Positions 56,002 to 64,000 of a DNA stretch of 64,000 nucleotides are shown here, in pieces (position 1 is the stretch's first letter; each line of letters opens with the position of its first letter). Location of the stretch: the NCBI GenBank assembly GCA_016209105.1, contig JACQWR010000013.1, positions 30,623 to 94,622 of the forward strand, read 5' to 3'. Source of the stretch: Deltaproteobacteria bacterium. GTDB lineage: Bacteria > Desulfobacterota > Syntrophia > Syntrophales > JACQWR01. Made by a program: the position numbers and the translations under genes. Under the pieces are notes generated by a model, which did not search any database, had not been told where the DNA came from, and saw nothing but the letters and a program-made list of their open reading frames with translations.

Positions 56002-57138
56002 ATGGCATCCAACATGAATGAGCCTGCCGGCCTCTATGTCCATATTCCTTTCTGCAAGAGCAAATGCGGCTACTGCAATTTCTATTCGATTCCCTCTACC
56101 GCCGATATGCCCTTTTTTATCAATGCCCTGAGCGCGGAATTAAAGATGTATGCTGAAACCTTCAGCCGCTTTGACACCCTGTATATCGGCGGAGGCACGC
56201 CTTCCCTGCTCGCTCCCATTGACTTGGCGAGAATCATCTCGGAGCTTGATGATGTCTTTGCCTTCAGCACGGACAGCGAGGTCACCCTGGAGGTGAATTC
56301 CGCGGACTGTACGCCTATTTATCTCCGCGGTGCCCGCCGGATGGGGATCAACCGCCTCAACATCGGCGTGCAGGCCTTTGATGGCGCCATCCTGGATTTC
56401 CTGGAACGGAGACACAGTCCCGAACAATCGCTTCGTGCGTTCGAGATCGCCCGCGGGGCGGGTTTTGATAATATCGGACTTGATTTGATATACGGCATTC
56501 CTGGACAGGAAATGGAGTCGTGGCTTGCCGGACTTGACTTGGCAGTCTCTCTTAACGTCGAACATCTCTCCTGCTATCAGCTCACACTTGAACCCGGAAC
56601 TCCTCTGGGCAAACGGCACGCAGACGGAGAATTCGCCCTGCCTGATGGGGATCGTCAGGCGGAGTTTTTTCTCAAAACCTCGAAAACGCTTGAAGACTCC
56701 GGCTATATCCACTACGAGGTTTCCAACTTCGCCAGAAATGAAGGCCTGATATCACGACACAACAGCAAATATTGGGACCATACCCCTTACCTCGGCCTCG
56801 GTCCCTCGGCACATTCGTTTCAAGACAACAGACGTTGGGAGAATCACCCCTCTCTCCCGCTTTACCTGGAAGAGATCAAGATGGGGAAGGCACCGGTTGC
56901 TTCCTCCGAAACACTGACGGGTGAAGAATTGCAGCTTGAATCTCTCTACCTTGGCCTCCGTACGAAAAAGGGCATCCATCTGGAGGATTTCAAGAAGCTC
57001 CATGGATACGATCTTATGTTGGAAAAGGGCAAGACCCTTGCGGCGCTGGAAAAAGAAGGACTGGTAGAGGTGTCCGGCGGTTACTTACGACCTACACGGG
57101 CAGGGCTCGCCGTCGCCGACAGCCTGGCATTGATATAG
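56002..57138 (+). CDS. hemW: Radical SAM haem chaperone HemW (HemN-like)
   Basis: LYVHIPFCKSKCGYCNF and LYIGGGTPS, plus a HemN_C-like C-terminus. The start is ATG 56002 or 56014. Confidence 0.87.
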   Translation: MASNMNEPAGLYVHIPFCKSKCGYCNFYSIPSTADMPFFINALSAELKMYAETFSRFDTLYIGGGTPSLLAPIDLARIISELDDVFAFSTDSEVTLEVNSADCTPIYLRGARRMGINRLNIGVQAFDGAILDFLERRHSPEQSLRAFEIARGAGFDNIGLDLIYGIPGQEMESWLAGLDLAVSLNVEHLSCYQLTLEPGTPLGKRHADGEFALPDGDRQAEFFLKTSKTLEDSGYIHYEVSNFARNEGLISRHNSKYWDHTPYLGLGPSAHSFQDNRRWENHPSLPLYLEEIKMGKAPVASSETLTGEELQLESLYLGLRTKKGIHLEDFKKLHGYDLMLEKGKTLAALEKEGLVEVSGGYLRPTRAGLAVADSLALI

Positions 57139-57144
57139 ACTCCA

Positions 57145-58149
57145 TCAAACATTTTCCCGAAAGGTCTCCATCGCCTCATCGGACAGGATATCGCCTTCGC
57201 CCTTGTATTTCGGGGAATAGTGGAACGGCACCATGCGTTTTGCCTCCGCGCTCTTTGCCAGGACTCCCGCCTGCCGTGCCGTGAGGTGGCATTTCCTTGC
57301 GGCTGTATCGGCATCCTCCTCGATAAATGACGCCTCGATAAATATCAGCTCCGAACCGCGGGCAAGCTCGATGATCCGGCGGGCATTCTCCTCACTATAG
57401 AGGACATCGGTTATATAGGATATCTTCTGCCCCGGCGTGATCTTTACGACCTTGTCCCTCAGGATGCCGAGAGGGATCATTTTCTCGTCCGTTCGCCCCT
57501 CGCCTTGGCGCCACCAGACCCGCACGGGCAAATCGTCGGGCTCTCCCCTCATAATGTGCGCCTTTAAGTCCAGCAACCAGGGCCCCGTGGGTAGTCCCAT
57601 CTCCTGCAACACATTCTTCTTGATATTGATCCGGGTGTTTTCCTCGAAACTAAACGCGAGACAGGGCGTGCCATGGTCAAGGAATGCCGCCCGGACGGAA
57701 AAGGATTCCCCTCGAACGAGCGTGCCGTCAAAATCGCCCCGTTCCTCGTCCTCCGGCTTAAAGGCGTTCCGGCAACGGTACCGTCTACAGATACTGTAAG
57801 TCGGATGGACTTCCGTCACCTGTATTTCGAAGTCGTTGGTATAATTGCCGACCAGGTTCCAGGTATAGGAGCGGAGTTTATCCTCAACGTTCTGCAGGAA
57901 ATTGGGTGGTCCATAGAGACAAATACGCCGGTCCCTTCCCAGGGAAACCCTGAGCAGATGATCAAATCCGATGAAATGGTCCATGTGCGTGTGGGAAACG
58001 AAGATATAATCTATTTTCAGGAGCTGGCGCGGCGGCAGCCGATGCAAATCGCCGAGATCAAAAAGCAGCGCCGCACGCCGGTACTTGATGGATACATATA
58101 CGCCGGGATCTCCGAAGGGGTCATTGATTAAAAAGGCGCTGTGAATCAT
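57145..58149 (-). CDS. MBL-fold metallo-hydrolase (RNase Z-like)
   Basis: The VSHTHMDHFIGFDHLLR motif, at 334 aa. Confidence 0.78.
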   Translation of the reverse strand: MIHSAFLINDPFGDPGVYVSIKYRRAALLFDLGDLHRLPPRQLLKIDYIFVSHTHMDHFIGFDHLLRVSLGRDRRICLYGPPNFLQNVEDKLRSYTWNLVGNYTNDFEIQVTEVHPTYSICRRYRCRNAFKPEDEERGDFDGTLVRGESFSVRAAFLDHGTPCLAFSFEENTRINIKKNVLQEMGLPTGPWLLDLKAHIMRGEPDDLPVRVWWRQGEGRTDEKMIPLGILRDKVVKITPGQKISYITDVLYSEENARRIIELARGSELIFIEASFIEEDADTAARKCHLTARQAGVLAKSAEAKRMVPFHYSPKYKGEGDILSDEAMETFRENV

Positions 58150-58252
58150 GATTCACCATCCGCTTATTCCTGTTTTGAGTCTCCTCTATCCTATCATCTC
58201 CGCCTCCCCCGCCTTCGCGGCGGTAAATACCGGCGAGAATCCATCCCTCAGC

Positions 58253-58306
58253 CATACCGCGTACGCAAGAATCAATCCTGTTGTCATTCCCACGTAGGCA
58301 GGAATC
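58253..58306. repeat. Two tandem REP-like imperfect palindromes
   Basis: CATACCGCGTACGCAAGAATC (58253-58273) and CATTCCCACGTAGGCAGGAATC (58285-58306). The minus-strand translation gives the junk-ORF peptides SCVRGM / SCLRGND seen in many genomes. Confidence 0.4.
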
Positions 58307-58402
58307 CATTATGAAATAGTATAGCATTCCCAGTATAGCATTGAGCACCGATTTCCGCTAATATGATGAGCATCAAATGATGATCACTTTAGGGAGGAAT
58401 AT

Positions 58403-58690
58403 ATGAAGTCATACCGGAAGGAGCTTTTTTTAACCTGCCCTCAAGGCGGGACTTCGTAAATACTACACCGCAGGTGGAACAGTGTCTGAGGGAAAGCGAC
58501 GTCGCGTAAGGCCTCGTGCTTGTGAATGCCATGCACATCACGGCATCGGTGTTCATCAATGACGATGAATCCGGACTCCACCAGGACTACGAAGAGTGAC
58601 TCGAAGGGCTTGCGCCGCACGAGCCCGTATCCCGCTATCGCCACAACCGCATCGGCGAAGACAACGGCGACGCCCTCCTCAAGGGTAGTG
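58403..58690 (+). pseudogene. YjbQ/UPF0047-family gene remnant (frameshift, in-frame TGA, 3' truncation)
   Basis: RBS GGGAGG, then ATG 58403 giving MKSYRKELF... with TAA at 58457. Homology continues in another frame: [73 protein letters not shown]. The stop at 58597-58599 falls where the family has Trp. Homology is lost near 58690, next to the IS remnant. Confidence 0.65.
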
Positions 58691-58731
58691 TCAAGATTCT
58701 TTCGCTTTTTTTTGCAGTGCCCCTTTGGGTA

Positions 58732-59395
58732 TTAGATTGCCTCCTCCAGTTCAAATTTCTGATTCAGTTCCTGTTCCCTGAGCAGATCCATGTTCAGGTA
58801 CCGTTTCGATCCCCACCGAGTTCCGGCAACGTGCCGAAGCTGGGCTGCACCCAGCATCAGTGCCGAGGGCCCGTCCGGGAATGCTCCGACCACCTTCGTG
58901 CGACGCCGTATCTCCTTCATGATCCGTTCCAGGGCATTATTCGTCCTGATCCTGATCCGGTGTTCGTGGGGAAAATCATAATAGGTTAGCGTCTCTCCAA
59001 TTGATTCCCGTACCTTCCTCGCCGCATCTCTCAGTACGGGAAAAGTGCACCATGCAACGCTGCCACCTGGCCTCGGGATAAAAATCGGCAAGAGACTCCA
59101 CCAGCCCCATGCAGGCGTCCGTGATGAACAACCTCACCCCCCAGGACCGCTTCAATACAATTCCATCCAGGTAAACATAGGGGAACACCCCCCTCAAGAG
59201 GCTGGTTCCGCCATGCCTCATCTTCTTGTAGACCTTCTTGTGGAGATTGCTGATCGTGCCCGGGCTCACCCGCGTACCCCAGAGGGCATCCGTTATCCCT
59301 TCCACCCGACGCACCGACACTCCCGCCAGATACATCTCGATCAGAGCCTCTTCAACTGACGCCTCCCGGCGCCGGCACCGCTCGATTATTGTGCC
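58732..59395 (-). mobile_element. IS256-family (mutator-type) transposase remnant, pseudogene
   Basis: Two overlapping out-of-frame ORFs. One carries EEALIEMYLAGVSVRRVEGITDALWG..., FPYVYLDG and ARWQRCMVHF. The other carries [38 protein letters not shown]. The N-terminal ~130 aa are missing, and an internal deletion follows YLDGIVLK. Confidence 0.7.
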
Positions 59396-59830
59396 CCACC
59401 CCCGAAACAGTGGATACACCGAAGAGCAAATGATGATAGAGAGGCAAAGGAGGTGTGTCCATGGCAAGGAAGTATGATCGAGAATTTAAGGTAGCGGCGG
59501 TTCGGATGGCCTCGGAACCGGGGGTAACGGCAAGCGAGGTAGAGGCACGGCTGGGGATCGGCCAGGGGATTCTGTCCCGGTGGAAGAGGCAGCTTCGGGA
59601 GAGAGGCAACAAGGCATTTCCGGGGAAGGGGCATATGCCGGCCCCGGAGGAGCGGGTTCGGCGGTTAGAGCGGGAATGTGAGCGACTTCGCCGGGAGCGA
59701 GACATCTTAAAAAAGCAGTAGCCATCTTCTCGAAGGACCCGCATCGATATTCGGGTTCATAAGGGAGCACCGCATGATGTTTCGCGTTGGGGAGCTGAAA
59801 ACGTCCGCCGCATGCTCCATGCGTGTTGTC
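59390..59830 (+). mobile_element. IS3-family element remnant (intact orfA 59455..59721, slippery A6G, truncated orfB)
   Basis: OrfA is MARKYDREFKVAAVRM...SEVEARLGIGQGILSRWKRQL, with a leucine-zipper-like end. AAAAAAG lies at 59709-59715. The -1 frame gives KKAVAIFSKDP, then FGFIREHRMMFRVGEL in yet another frame. Homology ends at about 59830, and no DDE domain is present. Confidence 0.72.
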
Positions 59831-60317
59831 ACTTTTTTATCGCTTCCATTTTTTCTTTTAATTGGATGAGTTCCTCGCTGGTTTCCCTGAGTCGTTCGGC
59901 CAAGACCATGGATAGAAGATTGTAAAATATGGCGCTGAATGTCAATTTGTCTTCGGGATTCATGCTGTCTACAAAGGAAACGTCCGTTGCGAGACACGTC
60001 GTATCATCAACGGCAATAACCGTTGCCGACCGGGCGGATCCGTCAATAACGGACATTTCACCAAAAATATCGCCCGTACGGTGAAGGATGATAATTTCTT
60101 CGCCATGCTTCACGACTTTTACCTTCCCCATAATGAGGAAATACACCCAATTGTCAAAACTGCCCTCTTCAATAATGCAGTCGCCTGGTTTGTAATTTTT
60201 GATCTTGCTGTAACATAATATCTTGCTAAGATCCTTTTTTTCAAAAAATCGCAGCGTTGGAATTTCCTTCAACTTTGTAATTAAATCCAAATTTTCATTT
60301 ATGGCTTCCATGTCCAT
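59829..60317 (-). CDS. Stand-alone cyclic-nucleotide-binding domain protein (no HTH)
   Basis: FFEKKDLSKIL...YKPGDCIIEEGSFDNWVYFLIMGKVKV...GDIFGEMSVIDGSARSATVIA. AT-rich: one sampled line gives 32% G+C. ATG 60317 follows AGGAGGG. Confidence 0.75.
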   Translation of the reverse strand: MDMEAINENLDLITKLKEIPTLRFFEKKDLSKILCYSKIKNYKPGDCIIEEGSFDNWVYFLIMGKVKVVKHGEEIIILHRTGDIFGEMSVIDGSARSATVIAVDDTTCLATDVSFVDSMNPEDKLTFSAIFYNLLSMVLAERLRETSEELIQLKEKMEAIKK

Positions 60318-60340
60318 ATGATTCCCTCCTGACAAAAAGG

Positions 60341-61003
60341 TTAGTTTTCAAATCTCACATCATCAAAGTTAATGTGCCCCCAGCCTCCACCCGATGCGTC
60401 AATAAGCCGGAGCTGCGCTGACCGTCCCAAAAACTGAAAAACGTTCAAACGGACCCGTTCCATGGTTTCCGTGCATTTCCCCGTGGCCTTCAGGACAGGC
60501 TGCCCGTCTATCAACAACTCAACGCGCTCGGTATTGAGATCGCACCCCCCGCCCAGAAGAAAACTGATGTACTGAGAAGAAATGACGAATGGTTGTGAGG
60601 TCAGCGTCCCTTGCGGTCCGTCACCCTGAATTTGGCCCGGGGGATCAGAAGAAGAGTGCCTCTTCTCATAACCGCCGATCCAATAATCTCCCTGATGATT
60701 GGATGGCTGTCCCCGGTGCCGGGCAGTTGGGTTATCGCCCAAGGTGGGCTGAAAATTAAAAGCATTGCCTGTTTTGGTCCACCCCTCCAAGTTCCCAGTC
60801 TCGAAATTCCAATCGATCCCTCCTGATGTCGCAAGAGAATCTTCAAAAGAGATACTCAGGATATCCTGCTTGTTTACCGGCACGCTGATGACCTTTCCAT
60901 CCTTTAACTCGATTTTCACCTCAGCCTGAGCTCCGGTAAACGTAAAAAAGAAAAATATTCCTATAAGAACCACCATAACGGACATCCTTCTGTACTTGAC
61001 CAT
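60341..61003 (-). CDS. Secreted protein with a lectin/LamG-like beta-sandwich domain (function unknown)
   Basis: Signal peptide MSVMVVLIGIFFFFTFTGAQA. GWTKTGNAF...GDYWIGGYE...GTLTSQPFVISSQYISFLLGGG resembles an uncharacterised beta-sandwich seen at the N-termini of some GH32-type proteins. This rests on recollection only. ATG 61003 follows AGGAGG. Confidence 0.45.
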   Translation of the reverse strand: MVKYRRMSVMVVLIGIFFFFTFTGAQAEVKIELKDGKVISVPVNKQDILSISFEDSLATSGGIDWNFETGNLEGWTKTGNAFNFQPTLGDNPTARHRGQPSNHQGDYWIGGYEKRHSSSDPPGQIQGDGPQGTLTSQPFVISSQYISFLLGGGCDLNTERVELLIDGQPVLKATGKCTETMERVRLNVFQFLGRSAQLRLIDASGGGWGHINFDDVRFEN

Positions 61004-61077
61004 TTGATCCTCCTGAACACGGATTTTGCTCCGGTTCAATATGCAACATTGAACCCGCCTTGTCCAAAATTTCTCAG

Positions 61078-61201
61078 GTAGTGTTTCAGTTATATGATGT
61101 CATATCGACCAAAGGGAGATATTTTTTAATGGTTTATTCTCGTTAAGATTTCTCGCTTTGCTCGAAATGACGGCATTGTAAAGTCTTTACTGAAACACTA
61201 C
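61078..61201. repeat. 124-bp element bounded by perfect 13-bp inverted repeats (MITE-like or structured RNA)
   Basis: GTAGTGTTTCAGT (61078-61090) and ACTGAAACACTAC (61189-61201) are exact reverse complements. The interior holds the palindrome ATATGATGTCATAT and a REP-like hairpin, ATTTCTCGCTTTGCTCGAAAT. Confidence 0.5.
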
Positions 61202-61319
61202 ACTATCAATCTTAAGTTTTTCTCCGAAGTGCCGATAACTTATATGTAAGTTCAGAAATTTCCCCTCATGGGGAACATGCTAAAACAGCAAAACTGTAGA
61301 AAAAACAGTAGGAAAGAAC

Positions 61320-61457
61320 ATGCATACCATCGTTTATCCCCGGTACACCCTGGTGGAAAAAGTTATCATGGGCATTCTATCCCTCATCACCTGGCCACTC
61401 CAGTGGGTGGTTGACAAAGCGAGGGAGAAAATGCACGAACTGGAAATCGAGGAATAA
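61320..61457 (+). CDS. Possible 45-aa small hydrophobic protein
   Basis: ATG follows AGGAAAG. The product is MHTIVYPRYTLVEKVIMGILSLITWPLQWVVDKAREKMHELEIEE. No recognisable family, and it is below the ORF-track cutoff. Confidence 0.2.
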   Translation: MHTIVYPRYTLVEKVIMGILSLITWPLQWVVDKAREKMHELEIEE

Positions 61458-61481
61458 GAAAAAGGATTGACAAGGGGAAAA

Positions 61482-62930
61482 TCATTTTTCCCCGACAACC
61501 AATGCCAGTCTTTTTAAAAGCTTTTCCCTGCCCAGGATGGAAAATATCCGATCCAGCTCAGGCCCCTGCGTCGAACCGGTAATTGCCGCCCTCAACGGCA
61601 TATAAAGCTCCCGTCCCTTAGCCCCCGATTCTTTGCGCACCTTCTGCACTACGGCGTTATATAAATCGTCATCAGGCAGATTGCCGGGCAGCAGGGCATT
61701 GTAAAACAATTTTATCACCTCTGGCGCCCTGCCCTGCCGGAGAAGCTCCGCTGCCTCATCGGAAATTACACATCGCTGACCGTAAAAGAGATCAAGGTAT
61801 CCTCCTATATCGGCCAATAGCGTCAGGTTCCCCTGCACAGCCGCCACAACGGAATGCAGCCATCCCCGCTCAAATAAATTCGGATCGTAACCGGCTTTCC
61901 GGACAAAAGGCGCCAGAGCCTCGGTCAGTTCCTCGACGCTGTAACTCCTTATGTAGGCACCGTTGATCCATTTGAGTTTATCCTCATCAAATACGGCGGA
62001 AGCTTTGCCAGTTTTCTCCAGCGAAAACTCGCGGATAATCCGGTCGGGCGGAAATATCTCCTGCCCCTCGCCAAAGGAACTGCCCAGCAGGGACAGGTAA
62101 TTTATGATCGCCTCCGGTAGAAATCCCCGTTCTCGGAATTCACGGACAGAAACCGACCCGTGACGTTTGCTGAGCTTGGCGCGGTCTTTGCCCGTTATCA
62201 GAGAATGATGGGCAAAAACAGGAGGTTCAAAACCAAGTGCCTTGTACAGCAGAATCTGAGACGCCGTGTTGGAAAGATGATCTTCCCCCCGGATGACATG
62301 GGTTATCTTCATGAGATGATCATCCACCACTACGGCAAAATTATAGGCGGGCGTACCGTCGGAGCGCATAATGATGAAATCGCCGAGGGCACCGCAATCA
62401 AATTTCATGGCGCCGCGGATCAAATCGCTGAATTCTGCCTGGCCTTCCCCCACCTTGAAACGGAAAGCGGGTTGCCCGCACACCCGTTCCTTTTCTTTCC
62501 TTTCCTCATCAGTCAGGTTCCGGCATTTCCCGCCGTAACGGGGCGGCATTTTCCCCGCTATCAGCCCCATCCTCTCCGCCTCCAGTTCATCAGCCGTACA
62601 GTAGCAGGGATAGGCCAAACCGGCCTGACGTAATTTATTCAGATAGGGTTCATACATGCCCGCCCGCTGTGACTGGTGATAGGGACCGAACTGGCCTTCT
62701 TTCCCCGGCCCCTCGTCCCAGTCGAGGGACAGCCACTTCAGGTCTGCCAGGATGTTCTTTTCATAAACCGCGGACGTCCGCACCTGATCCGTGTCCTCGA
62801 TCCGGAGAAGAAACGCCCCTCCGTTATGCCTGGCAAAAAGCCAGTTGAAGAGAGCTGTTCTTGCATTGCCGATGTGAAGTTCGCCTGTGGGCGATGGGGC
62901 AAACCGGACCCGCAGTTTCAACCCTGTCAT
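61482..62930 (-). CDS. gltX: Glutamate--tRNA ligase
   Basis: RFAPSPTGELHIGNARTALFNW and KLSKRHG (HIGH and KMSKS motifs). 482 aa. Confidence 0.95.
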   Translation of the reverse strand: MTGLKLRVRFAPSPTGELHIGNARTALFNWLFARHNGGAFLLRIEDTDQVRTSAVYEKNILADLKWLSLDWDEGPGKEGQFGPYHQSQRAGMYEPYLNKLRQAGLAYPCYCTADELEAERMGLIAGKMPPRYGGKCRNLTDEERKEKERVCGQPAFRFKVGEGQAEFSDLIRGAMKFDCGALGDFIIMRSDGTPAYNFAVVVDDHLMKITHVIRGEDHLSNTASQILLYKALGFEPPVFAHHSLITGKDRAKLSKRHGSVSVREFRERGFLPEAIINYLSLLGSSFGEGQEIFPPDRIIREFSLEKTGKASAVFDEDKLKWINGAYIRSYSVEELTEALAPFVRKAGYDPNLFERGWLHSVVAAVQGNLTLLADIGGYLDLFYGQRCVISDEAAELLRQGRAPEVIKLFYNALLPGNLPDDDLYNAVVQKVRKESGAKGRELYMPLRAAITGSTQGPELDRIFSILGREKLLKRLALVVGEK

Positions 62931-64000
62931 GGAGTACCCCGCTTGTTGACGGTAACGACGGCAAAGGCGGCGATGCCCTCCTTGCGTCCCACAAATCCCA
63001 TGCCTTCATTCGTTTTGGCTTTGATATTGATCTGTTCTGAAGGAATCGCCAGTGAACGGGAAATATTTAGAACCATGCTCTCCACGTATTCCCTCATCCG
63101 CGGCTCTTCCATCACTACCGTCGCATCCAGGTTATTGACGGAAAATCCCCGCTCTTTTACCAAAACCGCTATTCGGTCCAGCAATTTCAGACTGGAAATG
63201 TTTTTATAGGCGGGGTCCGTATCAGGAAAAAAAGCCCCGATATCGCCGGCGCCGATGGCGCCGATCAGCGCATCACCGATGGCATGGAGAAGCACGTCGG
63301 CATCCGAATGACCGAGAAGCCCCTTCTCATACGGCACTTTCACCCCGCCCAGTATCAAAGCCCTGTCCCCCACCAGCCGGTGGCTGTCGTAGCCAAAACC
63401 AGTGTGCATGAGCTTCTCACCTCCCTTTTTCCTCATAAGCGCCTCGCCTATCAGGAGATCGTTCTGTGTTGTTATTTTGATATTATCAGAGGAGCCGGGG
63501 ATCATCTTCACCGGCACCCCCATTCTTTCCACAAGAACTGCGTCATCGGTACCGATAAAATTGTCCTCATAGGCTTTTTCATAGGCCTTTTTTATCACCT
63601 GCCGTTGAAAGGCCTGCGGTGTCTGTACCAGCCAAATAGAATCACGGTTGAGTGTCTCGCTCACCAAATCATCACCACCGGCCCGCTTAACCGTGTCTTT
63701 CGCCGTCATTCCAATGGCCACTGCCCCTGCAACCCTCGCACCTTCGACGGCAAGGCGGATCAAGTCGCCGGTTATAAAGGGCCGGACGGCATCATGGATG
63801 ACAACGATATCATGGTTATCGTCCACCATCCGGAGGCCATTTCGCACAGAATCTTGCCTTTCCCTGCCTCCTGCCAGCACGCGGCTGACCTTAGAGATGC
63901 GGCACTCATTCTCGAGCATGGAACGGACTACGGCAACGTCATCAGGGGGAACAATAAGAAATATCTCATCAATATAGGGAGATTCATGGAATATCTTCAG
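62927..64000 (-). CDS. ispDF: Bifunctional IspD/IspF (MEP cytidylyltransferase / MEcPP synthase), 5' end beyond window
   Basis: The C-terminal IspF part has GFGYDSHRL and GHSDADVLLHAIGDA. The upstream IspD part has VIHDAVRPF. The frame stays open to position 64000 (..LKIFHESPYIDEIFLIVPPDD..). Its stop overlaps the gltX start. Confidence 0.9.
   Translation of the reverse strand: MKIFHESPYIDEIFLIVPPDDVAVVRSMLENECRISKVSRVLAGGRERQDSVRNGLRMVDDNHDIVVIHDAVRPFITGDLIRLAVEGARVAGAVAIGMTAKDTVKRAGGDDLVSETLNRDSIWLVQTPQAFQRQVIKKAYEKAYEDNFIGTDDAVLVERMGVPVKMIPGSSDNIKITTQNDLLIGEALMRKKGGEKLMHTGFGYDSHRLVGDRALILGGVKVPYEKGLLGHSDADVLLHAIGDALIGAIGAGDIGAFFPDTDPAYKNISSLKLLDRIAVLVKERGFSVNNLDATVVMEEPRMREYVESMVLNISRSLAIPSEQINIKAKTNEGMGFVGRKEGIAAFAVVTVNKRGTP

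Noticed and set aside
58318-58342. The tandem AGTATAGCATT repeat, considered as a CRISPR-like or tandem array.
   Set aside because: Only two 11-bp copies exist with a 3-nt spacer. That is far too short, and no further repeats or cas genes are present.
58597-58599. An in-frame TGA in the yjbQ-like sequence, considered as a second selenocysteine codon.
   Set aside because: - Homologs as I recall them have Trp (EVWLE / EEWLE) at this position, so TGG to TGA is the simple explanation.
- The gene also has an upstream frameshift and is truncated by an IS remnant.

Overview
The window is chromosomal DNA from a strict anaerobe. Gene content suggests a Desulfobacterota, syntroph-like or sulfate-reducer-like lineage, but this is inference and cannot be proven here.

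**Positions 1-37.3 kb: plus-strand Wood-Ljungdahl / flavin-based electron-transfer supercluster.**
- CODH/ACS genes: cooS, acsB, acsC, acsE.
- Three MetF-type methylene-THF reductase genes, one of them strongly divergent.
- Two metV genes.
- Two mvhD genes. One appears to use an in-frame UGA selenocysteine codon.
- Split hdrC and hdrB genes plus a fused hdrCB gene.
- Three giant HdrA-class flavoproteins. Two are about 1500 aa and carry an inserted NfnB/GltD-like NAD(P)H module.
- A small membrane redox module (NarI/DsrM-like cytochrome b, a truncated HdrD/DsrK-like FeS protein and a tetrahaem cytochrome c) sits between metF and metV.
- Two paralogous PAS histidine kinases and three receiver proteins are embedded in the cluster.

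**Most unusual feature.** A visibly AT-rich segment of about 1.9 kb carries a single orphan OLD-family (ATPase + TOPRIM) nuclease gene. It is inserted exactly at the hdrA-mvhD junction of an otherwise canonical hdrA-mvhD-metV-metF operon.

**Positions 37.3-64 kb: housekeeping genes.** These are mobA, hom, an apgM-like gene, ybgC-like, TPR proteins, yidD, cbpA-like, dnaE, guaB, dtd, a radical SAM gene, adk, lepA, hemW, gltX and ispDF. The block is interrupted at 58.15-61.5 kb by a decayed accessory islet containing:
- a yjbQ pseudogene cut by an IS256 remnant, which is itself cut by an IS3 remnant;
- REP-like palindromes;
- low-GC genes for a cNMP-binding protein and a secreted beta-sandwich protein;
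- a 124-bp element bounded by inverted repeats.

No rRNA, tRNA or CRISPR array was recognised. All functional calls rest on motif and family recognition by eye, with no database search.
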